A stretch of 63,922 nucleotides of DNA, the filler included, from an uncultured Rhodopirellula sp. (GTDB lineage: Bacteria > Planctomycetota > Planctomycetia > Pirellulales > Pirellulaceae), in the NCBI GenBank assembly GCA_964007735.1. It is 4 parts of 4 records of this genome, joined end to end, with 100 filler letters (N's around TTAATTAATTAA, not from the genome) between each part and the next. Parts side by side here need not be neighbours in the genome. Positions count along the whole stretch, not along the records: positions 1 to 21,443 come from CAXGAI010000064.1; 3 more parts are not named here. One strand, 5' to 3'. The notes below the pieces were generated by a model. The model was not told where the DNA came from and searched no databases. It saw only the letters and a program-made list of their open reading frames with translations. Below are positions 1 to 10,355 of the stretch, piece after piece (position 1 is the first letter of the stretch; every line of letters begins with the position of its first letter). The position numbers and the translations under genes were made by a program.

Positions 1-19
1 GGGCGATGAGGGACTCGAA
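1..19 (-). repeat. tRNA 3'-end fragment (tRNA-Val-like), possible att direct repeat
   Basis: Reverse complement reads TTCGAGT-CCCTC-ATCGCCC: T-loop, 3' T-stem and 3' acceptor strand. The matching 5' T-stem (GAGGG) is absent; AAGGA is there instead. Confidence 0.55.
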
Positions 20-55
20 TCCTTTGCATTTGACTCTGTAAAACAAGTGGTTTTG

Positions 56-2536
56 TTACCGTCTGGTGAAATGCTCCGACGAGACGATCGATAATAGAAT
101 ATCGCGCAGTCGATAATCTGCTGCAGCAGCCTGCTCGTAGATCAGGTTGAGATTTTCACGATCACGAAACGAAATATGACGCGCCAATGCATACGACAAT
201 AACTTTTCCACAAACACCCGGGAAAACTTCTCCTTATCTTCCAGCAGTATATTCTTTAGGCCCTGCGGGCCCTCGAAGGTTCGACCATCCATATGAACTG
301 TTCTACTATCCACTGGAAAGTTCCCAGCTTCTTTACCAACGTTCGCGGGGCTGGTGGCGTAGTTGATAACATCCGTATATTGCTCACGCCACCGCCCAAT
401 CACGTCGAAGTTTTCCAAGGCGATCCCTAGGGGGTCCATCTTCCGATGACAGATATTACAACTGGCATTCTCTCGGTGTGCGTCGATAGTCTCTTTGATC
501 GTCTCTGTTTGCGTTGGTGGGCTCAGTGCACCGATTTCCAAATCTGCCGGTGTCTCCAATAGATCACCGTAGAAACTCTTAAGAACCCACGCACCACGAT
601 AAAACGGATTGGTATATTCCCCGTTATTGGTCGTCATCAGCATGAAGCCCGCCTGCGTTAGAAGACCTCCGCGAAATCGATCATTTTCGCCCAGCTTGAC
701 CTTGGAGAACTCAGAAGTAACCTCTTTGGGCCTATAGTCAAATGGTGATATTTTACTAGCACCAGGTCGCTTGCTGGGATTTGCGATCGGGTGCCCTTCG
801 ACCTTATAGATATAGTTAAGTTCCGGGGTGAGCATTACAAAATCAGAGTCGATAAAATTCTGCAAACTCAGGTTGCTTGACAGTACTTCCTTAAAAAACT
901 CCACCGGTTCTTCTTTGATCTGTTCTCGAACAAGATCAAATTCGTCAACGGTGAAGATGCTTACGTCAGGCTCGATAATCTCGAGCTTTTCAAGGTCGAG
1001 CCATTGATAAACATAGTCTTTGGCAAATCGATTACTTTTAGCGTCCTGTAACATTCGCAGCGCCTGCTCGCGGCGTACCCTGGGATCCTTCAGTTTTCCC
1101 TCCCTTGCCAATTCGAAAAGGGTATCGTCAGGCAAGGAGTTCCACAGGAAATACGACATCCTTGCAGCAATGGCGTACTCATCCAAAGGGCCAGCCGTGC
1201 CCTCCTGTTTATAAAGAAAATTAGGGGAACAGAGCATTCCGCGAATACCTGCTTGCAAACCAGAGTAGATACTTCCGCCCTTTACGAATTCCTGCTTCGC
1301 AAGGATATAGACTTGTTGCATTTCCAGATCGGTTACGGGACGACGGAACAGCTTCTGTGCAAGCCGATACAAAATCGGCTGACATACCTCATACCCGGCA
1401 GAAGAGTCGATATCTTTACAATAGTTTTTATAGAAGGATGTGTTCGGCGGCCATGACTCATACACTGGCCCAGTGATGGTCGCGTTTTCTATACAGAACA
1501 TCGGCTGAGGACCACCTCCCTTGACCGAATTACATCTGAGAACAATTGTGTCATCCGAAGAAAGTCGTGTTGTAAAACCTTTGCGGGGATCGAAGTCCTG
1601 CCAGGCAGCATTGTTGGGAATAACCGTAACAATACTTTGCCCTGCTCCCGCGTTCTTACGAAGGAAATAGCTCATCGAATGACCCACTATCGGCTGAGCA
1701 TCGCTGCCCTTATCTGCCAAATCTTTGACAGCCGGCAATCTTTCTTCCTCGCGGCTGCCCGGAACAAATTCAGCCCTAATATAGAAGCCCTGGGGAACAA
1801 TCCGATAAAGTCCGCTCGTTTTTACGGACGGATTGATTTTTATTTGAGTGGCTGGAGACCCGAAAACCAGAGGGCGCGAATCTCGCTCTAGTGACGGAGC
1901 AAACCCGTTCGTATTGTCTTTGTGGCTGAGGGAATCTATATCTGTATTTTTGGTTGAATATACAATCACGCGAGGGTTAGGTTTATCACTAACCACACTC
2001 TCGGCAATCATGTTAGCAACGTTGAAGTACGTCTCCATATCGACTACCGACATATGAAGATTATCTGCATTGTTATTAAAGCCAGCATCGATATTGTCGA
2101 GTGGCAATCGATCAGACAGTGAGAATGTTGTTTCGAACACATCATTGACGGTGTTTTGATACTCGACTCGACTTAATCGTTTGAGCACTCCCGGTTTTTG
2201 AGTCTTCGTGAGTGCGTGGAGTTGCCTACCTAAGACCTCCTGTAACGCCTGGGACTGTTTGGTTTCCGGATATTGAGGCGCATCTTCCGGGGGCATCGCA
2301 CCACGCTCAATCGCCATATAAATATCTTCCAACAGGCCCGCGTCTCTCCATTGCTGGAGCCCCATCTGATCAAGACGAAGATCAGCTTCCGCCGTTTCCA
2401 TTCCATGGCAGGCCACACAGAACGAGTTGAAGAATTTCTGTACCTGCGAACGTTCATTGGCAGCGCAATTCGCAGTGCTGACGATGGTAAGCAGTAACAG
2501 AAAAACTGAGGTGCGGGTGATCTTATAATACAACAT
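56..2536 (-). CDS. DUF1592-type planctomycete cytochrome c / PSD-domain protein
   Basis: Signal peptide, CVACH and CNICH heme motifs, LKRLSRVEYQNTV, SPNFLY, RMSYFLWNSLPDD, RGGLLTQA, NPFYRGAW. Start moved to M51 of the ORF (2536), 4 nt after the upstream stop. Confidence 0.9.
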   Translation of the reverse strand: MLYYKITRTSVFLLLLTIVSTANCAANERSQVQKFFNSFCVACHGMETAEADLRLDQMGLQQWRDAGLLEDIYMAIERGAMPPEDAPQYPETKQSQALQEVLGRQLHALTKTQKPGVLKRLSRVEYQNTVNDVFETTFSLSDRLPLDNIDAGFNNNADNLHMSVVDMETYFNVANMIAESVVSDKPNPRVIVYSTKNTDIDSLSHKDNTNGFAPSLERDSRPLVFGSPATQIKINPSVKTSGLYRIVPQGFYIRAEFVPGSREEERLPAVKDLADKGSDAQPIVGHSMSYFLRKNAGAGQSIVTVIPNNAAWQDFDPRKGFTTRLSSDDTIVLRCNSVKGGGPQPMFCIENATITGPVYESWPPNTSFYKNYCKDIDSSAGYEVCQPILYRLAQKLFRRPVTDLEMQQVYILAKQEFVKGGSIYSGLQAGIRGMLCSPNFLYKQEGTAGPLDEYAIAARMSYFLWNSLPDDTLFELAREGKLKDPRVRREQALRMLQDAKSNRFAKDYVYQWLDLEKLEIIEPDVSIFTVDEFDLVREQIKEEPVEFFKEVLSSNLSLQNFIDSDFVMLTPELNYIYKVEGHPIANPSKRPGASKISPFDYRPKEVTSEFSKVKLGENDRFRGGLLTQAGFMLMTTNNGEYTNPFYRGAWVLKSFYGDLLETPADLEIGALSPPTQTETIKETIDAHRENASCNICHRKMDPLGIALENFDVIGRWREQYTDVINYATSPANVGKEAGNFPVDSRTVHMDGRTFEGPQGLKNILLEDKEKFSRVFVEKLLSYALARHISFRDRENLNLIYEQAAAADYRLRDILLSIVSSEHFTRR

Positions 2537-2540
2537 AGTG

Positions 2541-3770
2541 TTAGAGCTGAATGATCTTCTTACTATTGCCGAAATGGTCTCGCTGGATACCAAATTTCTG
2601 CAGAATCGACAGATAGATATCGCAGGTCGTCTCGCCTTGGCGAATGACATGCCCTCCGTGGTTTGTGAATTGTCCGCCTGCGACAAACACCGGGATTTGA
2701 TTCCCGTTATGTGGCCCCATTTTCTGGCTCACACTATTGTTGCCTGTAGCGACGGTAACCGTCTCATCCATCAGCGTTCCGCCGGATTCGACATTAGTGC
2801 TGGCGAGTTTATCGTAAAAGTTTGCCAGCAGTGAATAAAAAGAGGAGTCATATTTGGTCAAACTGCTACGTGCTTCTTCAGATTTTGGCACGTTGTGCGT
2901 CGTAATATGATGATCATGATCGAGACCCGTCATATAGAAATTGACCACCCGCGTGATGTCGAACTTGAACGCCTTGTAGATCATATCGAATGCAATGCCA
3001 CGCTGAATCTGGCGAGGATTTTCTAGGAATCGTTTCTTATCAATATCCGTCGAGAGGAAGTTATTCTCAAATTGAGGGGCCACCGGAAACTCCACATCCT
3101 GTCGTGGCTCGCTGAGCCACTCAATCGACTTATTAAGCTCCTGCTCTGACTCGCGCAGTGCCGCAAAATATTCTTCCAGTCGCTGGCGGTCCCGGCCCGA
3201 AACCCGCGCCATCAGAGCTTTCGCTTCTTCGAGAGAACCGTCAAGAACGCTCTTCTTATGAGCCAGCAGTCGCTCCTGTGTTTTGGTATCGGTCTTGGCA
3301 AAAAGCGTTTCAAACAGAACTCTCGTCGATTGAATCGGCATGACCGGAAGCCTGTCTCGCCAAGATGCGACGATATGGTGATGGGCATGGCTAATGAAAG
3401 TGACGACATTTCTAACACGGGTCAAGTGGCCAATATGGTCCGCAACAATCTGGTCTAGTGAATCCGGGTTTGTCGTCGTGTTACCAACAAAACACTTATG
3501 GTCGTGGACATGGTTCCCGCCAAACTTCATTTTTGAATAGAGCGTGAAATAGTCTCTATGCTTTTTCAATGGCTCCATGTGCTCGCTAAACGCGTAGTCA
3601 GCACCATCGGTTTGTGGCAGTACGTCCGTGAAAAGACCGTAACCCATACTGACACAGAAAAGCCTTTTGACCTTGGCTTCTTGTGGGGTGGAGGGATTCT
3701 GACCAAAACTCTCCAGTGTCGGCAGGAACAGCACACAGCCTGCTGACTTAAGAATCTCACGACGTTTCAT
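2541..3770 (-). CDS. DUF1552 (HXXSHH) family protein, Tat-like leader
   Basis: MKRREILKSAG..LFLPTLES leader, SLDQIVADHIG, KKSVLD..LEEYF, DITRVV. Start at M38 of the ORF, with GAGG upstream. Confidence 0.88.
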   Translation of the reverse strand: MKRREILKSAGCVLFLPTLESFGQNPSTPQEAKVKRLFCVSMGYGLFTDVLPQTDGADYAFSEHMEPLKKHRDYFTLYSKMKFGGNHVHDHKCFVGNTTTNPDSLDQIVADHIGHLTRVRNVVTFISHAHHHIVASWRDRLPVMPIQSTRVLFETLFAKTDTKTQERLLAHKKSVLDGSLEEAKALMARVSGRDRQRLEEYFAALRESEQELNKSIEWLSEPRQDVEFPVAPQFENNFLSTDIDKKRFLENPRQIQRGIAFDMIYKAFKFDITRVVNFYMTGLDHDHHITTHNVPKSEEARSSLTKYDSSFYSLLANFYDKLASTNVESGGTLMDETVTVATGNNSVSQKMGPHNGNQIPVFVAGGQFTNHGGHVIRQGETTCDIYLSILQKFGIQRDHFGNSKKIIQL

Positions 3771-4098
3771 AAAGCTGGACCTCTTCATTGTGTTGGAAAA
3801 GCACTGTAAAGCTGCCGTTCCTGAGAATATTCGTCTTCTGCTAACTTCTATTCTACCCAACCGGCGCCAAAAACAAATCACCGTCTTCTCAAACCAAAAG
3901 CAATGATAAAATTAACCAATCTGTCGCTTACTCACCGAAAACATCGAGTCGACCGAAAAAACAATCCATCTGCTACAGTCAAAACTTTTTGATCGCTGAG
4001 TTTATTTTTTCACCGCCCTACTACCAATCGAATATCTTTACAAATCGGCTTTTGGACCCTGCTCGCGGGACAGACTCCATCCGGACAAATCCAAAGAT

Positions 4099-4182
4099 TA
4101 GCTCGAAACGTGGGTGCGAACCTGCACTTCCGAAGGAACTGGGTCCTAAATCCTGCGCGTTGGCCAATTCCACTATCAAGCC
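4099..4182 (-). pseudogene. degenerate tRNA-Leu(TAG)-like gene
   Basis: Acceptor GGCTTGA/TCGAGCT + A73, D arm GTG-GAATTGGCCAA-CGC, loop TT-TAG-GA, long variable arm with TTCG loop, GGTTCG. The anticodon stem and T stem are mismatched. Confidence 0.65.
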
Positions 4183-4262
4183 AAGTAAAAAGAATCCCTC
4201 TAGAAGACAAATCGCCTTAGGCAAACTACGATGTCGCTGTAATCGCTTTCAGGCACACCTGA

Positions 4263-5372
4263 TTATTTGTCTTCACTTTGGGGTCGCCTTGTTAGTTGTA
4301 CTTCGACTCGTATCGGCTTACGGTTGCGTAGTAACAAAAGTGAAGCGTTATTGCCAACCGGTGTAAGACTAACAAGATTAGCCAAATGGTCATCGTTTTC
4401 AATCAAAGTGCCATTGAAGCTTAAAATAACATCATTCGGAGTTATCTTCGCTTTATCGGCCGGCGAATTCTCTGTGACCCCTGTAATACGAACACCGCGA
4501 GCATGACTCAGGCCAAGCTTTAGTGCCGTTGAATCGGTGAAGTCATGATCCATGCGGACACCAAGATAGGCTCCTCGTACGGTTTCTTTATCTAACAATT
4601 GACCAACAACTACCATGGCCATACTTATCGGGATAGTAAAACCGATGCCCTCATTACCACCTGAGCTACTGGCGATGGCTGTGTTGATACCAATCACTTC
4701 GCCTCGCATACTGACCAATGGCCCACCACTATTACCCGGATTGATGGCCGCATCGGTTTGAATGAAATCCTGAATCACCACTCCCTGTGTACCCAGAACC
4801 AAATCTTTACGGCCTTTGGCAGAGATAATTCCATAGGTAATCGAATGAGTTAGTCCGAAGGGACTACCAATCGCAACGACGAAATCTCCGATCTCCATTC
4901 GTCCACTATCTCCAACACGAGCAGGGACTAACGATTCTGTTTCACGTACGGTGATGACTGCAATATCACTGGCTGCATCAGAGGCGATATTTTCAACCGT
5001 CAATTTACTGCCGTCTTCCAGTGAAATATTTACCCCGTCAGCGACCGTCGGAAAGACAACATGACGATTAGTGAGAATATACTTTTGCTGATTAACTTCA
5101 ATCACAAAACCTGATCCTGCTTCTTCAATCGTCCGTCGTGATCCAGACTGTAGAATTTTTCGACTTTGAATGTGTACAACGGACGGCTTAGAAACTCGGA
5201 CAACTTTTTTCAATATATTCCGAGCATCAAATTGCTCTGCGTCTGTTGCCAATTGTTCAAAGAGACGTTCGCGTGCATCCAATGCAACGGAAACAGGCTG
5301 TTCCTGGCCGATGGCCAAACGCCCGGTTATGAGGCACGCAGCCATACAGATTACAAGAAGTAATCGGTGCAT
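4263..5372 (-). CDS. htrA: HtrA/DegQ-type trypsin-like serine protease with one PDZ domain
   Basis: GSGFVI, ILTNRHVV, SDIAV, IQTDAAINPGNSGGPL, C-terminal PDZ (YLGV..SPADKA), signal peptide. Confidence 0.93.
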   Translation of the reverse strand: MHRLLLVICMAACLITGRLAIGQEQPVSVALDARERLFEQLATDAEQFDARNILKKVVRVSKPSVVHIQSRKILQSGSRRTIEEAGSGFVIEVNQQKYILTNRHVVFPTVADGVNISLEDGSKLTVENIASDAASDIAVITVRETESLVPARVGDSGRMEIGDFVVAIGSPFGLTHSITYGIISAKGRKDLVLGTQGVVIQDFIQTDAAINPGNSGGPLVSMRGEVIGINTAIASSSGGNEGIGFTIPISMAMVVVGQLLDKETVRGAYLGVRMDHDFTDSTALKLGLSHARGVRITGVTENSPADKAKITPNDVILSFNGTLIENDDHLANLVSLTPVGNNASLLLLRNRKPIRVEVQLTRRPQSEDK

Positions 5373-5444
5373 ATCCTATCAACGACAACCTGATCGGCTG
5401 TGCTGCCCCCCAATTGATTTGATTAGCCTAGTTAGTGTTTGTAT

Positions 5445-5840
5445 TTAGCTGAAAATCTCGTCGTTCTCTTCTTCCCGATTCCAATCTTCACCAAGTGTCT
5501 CCACTTTGGTTTGACACTCAATGCAATTAGATGCATAAGGCAGTGCCTGTAATCGAGCCAGTGGAATGTTCTTTTGACAGAGTTCGCAAAGACCATAAGT
5601 GCCATTTGAAATTTTAGAAATAGCCGTTTCGATTTGCTTCAACTCACGACTTTCCACTTCAGCCAGTTGTGAATTCAATTCATCCTGAGCAGAATCCAAT
5701 GCAAAGTCCACGACATCACCAGATGCCTGATCCCGGAGTGCCTGTAATGCACTAAAGTCTCCATCCAGAGCTTTTCGAAGCGCATCGCGGCGTCCCAAAA
5801 GAACCATTCTTAACTTTGCAATGGCGTCTTTACGGGCCAT
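5445..5840 (-). CDS. dksA: TraR/DksA family C4 zinc-finger regulator
   Basis: Coiled coil with DVVDFA tip, YGLCELC..IPLARLQALPYASNCIEC. ATG at 5840. Confidence 0.88.
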   Translation of the reverse strand: MARKDAIAKLRMVLLGRRDALRKALDGDFSALQALRDQASGDVVDFALDSAQDELNSQLAEVESRELKQIETAISKISNGTYGLCELCQKNIPLARLQALPYASNCIECQTKVETLGEDWNREEENDEIFS

Positions 5841-6040
5841 CGGTGGCGTCTCCAAATAAATAAATCAAAAGCCCAAGAGATCACAAATACGTCGTTTTCG
5901 TTGATTTAAACGAATCGTACGTACACAGCTCTTCCAGCGTTATTAGAATAATCGACACAATCAGAACTCCAAAAACAGCCTTTTTAGTGATTTAAACCGA
6001 GAACGGTTTTGGCATTCTTCTTCAGGATTTAAGGCCTCTT

Positions 6041-6967
6041 TTAAGAATGGAGACACTTAATCACGGCCTGTCGCGCGGCGGAAACGTCAACGACACGGGC
6101 AACTTCCAGATTATGGGCGGGATTTCTGCTTCGACGCTTTTCAAATACTGTCATACCTCGAGTCAGTTCGCCCTTGACTTCAACATCACCTGCCCAGGGC
6201 TCTAATTCGAACAATTCCGGCTCGAGTAATTGAAGCAGAGCAATGGCATCATGAATTTGGACCGTTTCCAAGCCAAGTTGCTCGTGATAGGAACGGAAAA
6301 GATAGGGGATCACCCGGCGCAAGAACGCGCCTACCGAATTCGATTCGTCTGGCAAAGTCTCCATGAAGTTCAAAGCAAATTGAACTTGTGAAGTAATATC
6401 AAGTGGAATCAATGTTTTCTTCAGCGGTGCCTGAAAAACCTCTCGTGCACTTTCAGGGTCACAGTAAATATTGAATTCGGCTGTTTGAGTGATATTGCCA
6501 ATGCCGTTAAAGCTTCCACCCATCATGATGATTTCGCCGACATTTTCAACAAAGTTTGGATCCCGTTGCATGGCACGAGCCACATTCGTTAACGGCCCTA
6601 AGCAAACGATGGAGATTTCACCTGGTGCTGCCCGCACTTCGTCAGAGATAATTTTCTCGGATAGATGACGATGATGATGATCCGCCGTTACAAAACCAGC
6701 TTCACCAAGTCCATCTCGCCCGTGAATGAAGCACGCATCACGATAGTCTGAATTGTCGTTAGGCGTCGCTGCACCAAAACGCGGAAGACGCGGAGGATCT
6801 AACTGTTCAATTACTGTCTGAACATTCTTCGTAGCCATTTCGGCCGGCACATTGCCTTCCACAGCAGTAATCGCAACAATATCGAGGGAGCGATGAAACA
6901 ATGCCATCGACAACGCCACGCTATCATCGATGCCTGGATCACAGTCTAAAATTATACGACGTGCCAT
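6041..6967 (-). CDS. inosine/uridine-preferring nucleoside hydrolase
   Basis: DCDPGIDD, HGRDGLG, GPLTN, MGG..GNIT..AEFNIYCDPE, HDA. Confidence 0.93.
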   Translation of the reverse strand: MARRIILDCDPGIDDSVALSMALFHRSLDIVAITAVEGNVPAEMATKNVQTVIEQLDPPRLPRFGAATPNDNSDYRDACFIHGRDGLGEAGFVTADHHHRHLSEKIISDEVRAAPGEISIVCLGPLTNVARAMQRDPNFVENVGEIIMMGGSFNGIGNITQTAEFNIYCDPESAREVFQAPLKKTLIPLDITSQVQFALNFMETLPDESNSVGAFLRRVIPYLFRSYHEQLGLETVQIHDAIALLQLLEPELFELEPWAGDVEVKGELTRGMTVFEKRRSRNPAHNLEVARVVDVSAARQAVIKCLHS

Positions 6968-7137
6968 AAATAGTATCCCAATCGGCCAACTTCATCCCCT
7001 GCTATCTTTATCGGCTCTTAACACCTGCAAGTCAAACAACGCATCGGAATCGGTTGACGCTCTCGCATTAAGGCTCACAACGGTACAATAATGATTAAGT
7101 TACTATTTACGAATCGATATTAACCAAGACATGCACC

Positions 7138-8145
7138 ATGCTAAATCAACAAATCGCCAAAGTAGAAGCCGGACAGAACCTCTCTCAGGAAGAAATGGCT
7201 GCGGCCATCGACTTGGTCATGCAGGGCCGATGCGAAGAAGGCCAAATTCGCTCTCTACTATTAGCCCTAGCTACCAAGGGTGAAGCCGTCGAGGAGATTG
7301 CTGGTGCTGCCGCTGCCATGCGGGCTCATATGACACTTTTGGAATCCACGCGTCAGGATTTGGTTGATACTTGCGGTACTGGGGGAGATGGATCAGGCAC
7401 CTTCAATATTTCAACTGCTGCTGCCTTGGTTGCTGCTGGTGCTGGCATCGCAGTGGCCAAGCATGGAAATCGTAAGATCACCAGCAAAACAGGCTCTGCC
7501 GATGTGCTGGTCGAATTGGGAATCAATATCGAAGCTCCGATTGACGTTATGCAACACGCTTTGGACGAAATAGGCATCTGTTTCTGCTTTGCGCCACTCT
7601 TCCACCCGGCCATGCGACACGTCGGTCCCGTACGAAGAAGTATTGAAGTGCCAACTATCTTCAATCTATTAGGACCACTTTGCAATCCGGCCCGGGCTCC
7701 CTATCAGGTACTCGGCGTTGGAAAACCCGCGTTACGTCCAAGATTATCTCAAGCTCTTTCTCTCCTCGATATTAAAAAAGCTTATGTCGTATGTGGTAGT
7801 GATGGGCTCGACGAAATCACCCTTGCTGGGAACACCGATGTTACCGAAGTTACTCCAGGCAGAACTACTGATACACAATGGCAACCATCAACGTTCGGTT
7901 TAGCTCCGACAGAATTGACGGGAATGGAAGCTAGTGATCCGGCTCAGAGCGCAACAAAAATCCGTGCTATCCTGCATGGCGAAACCGGACCAGGTCGTGA
8001 TATTGTTGTACTCAATGCTGCTGCCGCCATTTCCCTTGCGAGACCTGAACTCTCACTAGTCGACTGTACTGCGGCTGCTCAGCAATCCATCGACGATGGT
8101 GCTGCACTTGATGTCGTTAAACTGTTCGGTCAAGCTACCGGCTAA
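7138..8145 (+). CDS. trpD: anthranilate phosphoribosyltransferase
   Basis: DTCGTGGDG, FNISTAA, KHGNR, GSADVL, FNLLGPLCNP, DGLDE. Confidence 0.96.
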   Translation: MLNQQIAKVEAGQNLSQEEMAAAIDLVMQGRCEEGQIRSLLLALATKGEAVEEIAGAAAAMRAHMTLLESTRQDLVDTCGTGGDGSGTFNISTAAALVAAGAGIAVAKHGNRKITSKTGSADVLVELGINIEAPIDVMQHALDEIGICFCFAPLFHPAMRHVGPVRRSIEVPTIFNLLGPLCNPARAPYQVLGVGKPALRPRLSQALSLLDIKKAYVVCGSDGLDEITLAGNTDVTEVTPGRTTDTQWQPSTFGLAPTELTGMEASDPAQSATKIRAILHGETGPGRDIVVLNAAAAISLARPELSLVDCTAAAQQSIDDGAALDVVKLFGQATG

Positions 8146-8148
8146 GTC

Positions 8149-9384
8149 ATGACGAAACGTAAACTATTCTGGATCATCTGCCTCATTTCATGTCTTCATG
8201 CGTTAGTGCACGTATTTGAATTGGCTTTACCTGCCGTCCAGGATGACCTTAAGCTTCACTATGAAAGTAGTGATACGGTCATTGGTTCGCTCAGTAGTGC
8301 TTTTCGCTGGCCCTGGGGTCTGGGGGCTTTGCTTGTAGGTTTTCTGGTCGACAGATTTGGTGCTCCTCCAATGCTAGTTATCTATCTGGCTGGGTGTGCC
8401 CTGCTTTGCTTTATGATTTCATCCGTACCCGGATTGAACTCTCTTTTCGGGATGTTTTTTGTTCTGGGATTATTCGCCAGTATTTACCATCCCGCCGGTC
8501 TGGCATTAATCTCACTTAAGACTACGCCCGAACAAAGACCCATGGCCTTAGGGATTCATGGGGTCTTTGGCTCGGCTGGAATTGCATTAGCTCCTTTAGT
8601 TTTTGCACTGCTTCAAACCGAGGGGATGCAATGGCATGATTTCTTTTGGGTGCTGGGGATCATCGGCATCTTCAGTGCTATCGTCGTTTTTACGTTACGA
8701 AGCCATCTGGTCATCAACCCGCTACCAAAATCATTGAAAGATGATCCTGCGGTCGATGAATCTAAATCGACCTGCGAGCCCGATCGTGATTGGCGGTCAT
8801 TCATTGTGTTGATAACACTTGCCGCTATTCAGGGTATGGTTTACTCCGGCGTTATCACGTTTTTCAAAGACGAATCATTCCTCGACACACCATTATTCAC
8901 AGAACTATTCGACGTATCCCAAGATGTTCAATCTCAACGCTCTTTTCTGATGGCTGGTATTATGTTCTTTGGATGCGTGGGGCAATTCATTGCAGGTAAA
9001 ATAGGAAATCCACAACGCCTAGAACAACAACTCACTGTGATCACGTTTATGAACGCTCCATTTCTAGTCGGTATGGCAATCTTTGCTGCCGAATGGGCTT
9101 TGGCATCCGCTGCAATCTTTGCGCTTGTCCATTTCATGTTTCAGCCGATTTATAATAGTCTCGTAGCAAAATACACACCTCGAGAACACCGAAGTGTCTG
9201 CTATGGGCTGAATTTCGTCATGGGCTTCGGCGTTGGAAGTTTGGGGGCAGTCTTGGCTGGTTGGATCAAAGATGCAACCACTTTAAACACCAACCATGTC
9301 TTCGCCGGACTATCGCTCGCGGCGTCGTTGTTTGGAGTTATATTAATCATTCTCAATCGTAAAACCTCGCCACAGGCAGAATAA
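8149..9384 (+). CDS. MFS transporter
   Basis: About 12 hydrophobic segments, GFLVDRFG motif A, ASIYHPAG. Confidence 0.9.
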   Translation: MTKRKLFWIICLISCLHALVHVFELALPAVQDDLKLHYESSDTVIGSLSSAFRWPWGLGALLVGFLVDRFGAPPMLVIYLAGCALLCFMISSVPGLNSLFGMFFVLGLFASIYHPAGLALISLKTTPEQRPMALGIHGVFGSAGIALAPLVFALLQTEGMQWHDFFWVLGIIGIFSAIVVFTLRSHLVINPLPKSLKDDPAVDESKSTCEPDRDWRSFIVLITLAAIQGMVYSGVITFFKDESFLDTPLFTELFDVSQDVQSQRSFLMAGIMFFGCVGQFIAGKIGNPQRLEQQLTVITFMNAPFLVGMAIFAAEWALASAAIFALVHFMFQPIYNSLVAKYTPREHRSVCYGLNFVMGFGVGSLGAVLAGWIKDATTLNTNHVFAGLSLAASLFGVILIILNRKTSPQAE

Positions 9385-9389
9385 ACAAA

Positions 9390-10271
9390 ATGTCAGAAGC
9401 CTCGCAGGATGTTATTGGTGTAATCGGTGTTGGATTATTAGGTAGTGCTCTATGCCACCGTCTGCATAAAGCCGGCCAGACTGTGATTGGTTATGATATC
9501 CGCACAGCCCAGCTGGAACCGCTGCTGCACCTTGGAGGTCAGGCAGCAGGTTCTATAAGCGAAGTGGCGAATGCTGCCAAAGTGATCCTTCTTTCATTGC
9601 CCGACTCTGCAATTTCAAAAGGAGTATGTAACGAGCTGGCTAAGAGCGCTGCCTCGCAAGCCACGGTAATTGATACCACAACTGGTACTCCGGAAGATGC
9701 TATCGAAAATGCTGAATTGCTCAGGCAACAAGACATTCTATTCATGGATGCCACCGTTGCCGGTGCAAGCACTCAGGTTCGTGAAGGTGCCGGGGTCTTG
9801 ATGGTTGGTGGCGATCCCCAAGTATTCAAACAACATTCCCCCCTGCTAAACACCATCTCCAACGTCATATTTCATGTCGGTCCAATTGGATCTGGCTGTC
9901 GACTTAAACTCGTAGTCAATTTAGCCCTGGGCCTAAACCGAGCGGTACTGGCAGAGAGTCTTGCATTGGCCGCTGCCGCGGGTATTCCGATGCAAACCGC
10001 TTTGGAAGTTTTGAAGGCAACACCCGCTTATTCGGCTGCGATGGATGTCAAAGGTAAGAAGATGATCGATAAGGACTTTAGCCCTCAGGCCCGATTAACA
10101 CAGCATCGTAAGGACGTTGGACTGATTCGTCAGCTCGCCGCACAACATCAACAAAATCTACCACTTTCCAATTTACATGCTAAATTACTCGATGCTGCCA
10201 TCGAAGCGGGATATGGGGACCTTGATAACAGCGCCATCTATAAAGTCATCCAGGATAATCTGTCGTCATAA
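9390..10271 (+). CDS. NAD(P)-dependent beta-hydroxyacid dehydrogenase (3-hydroxyisobutyrate DH family)
   Basis: GVIGVGLLG Rossmann motif, DATVAG, LKLVVN, KDVGLI. Confidence 0.88.
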   Translation: MSEASQDVIGVIGVGLLGSALCHRLHKAGQTVIGYDIRTAQLEPLLHLGGQAAGSISEVANAAKVILLSLPDSAISKGVCNELAKSAASQATVIDTTTGTPEDAIENAELLRQQDILFMDATVAGASTQVREGAGVLMVGGDPQVFKQHSPLLNTISNVIFHVGPIGSGCRLKLVVNLALGLNRAVLAESLALAAAAGIPMQTALEVLKATPAYSAAMDVKGKKMIDKDFSPQARLTQHRKDVGLIRQLAAQHQQNLPLSNLHAKLLDAAIEAGYGDLDNSAIYKVIQDNLSS

Positions 10272-10355
10272 TCCCCCTCCGCCGGAACCGGATTTCTACC
10301 TACAATGAAGGGAGAGTCCCGGAATAAGCTAATGGCCGCATTGTCGTAATTTTCT

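Noticed and set aside
2537..2686. Overlap of the DUF1592 ORF with DUF1552
   Set aside because: The signal peptide begins at M51 (2536), just after the DUF1552 stop.
3989..4366. Short ORFs at 3989, 4010 and 4021
   Set aside because: No family motifs. They overlie the tRNA-like relic and the htrA 3' end.
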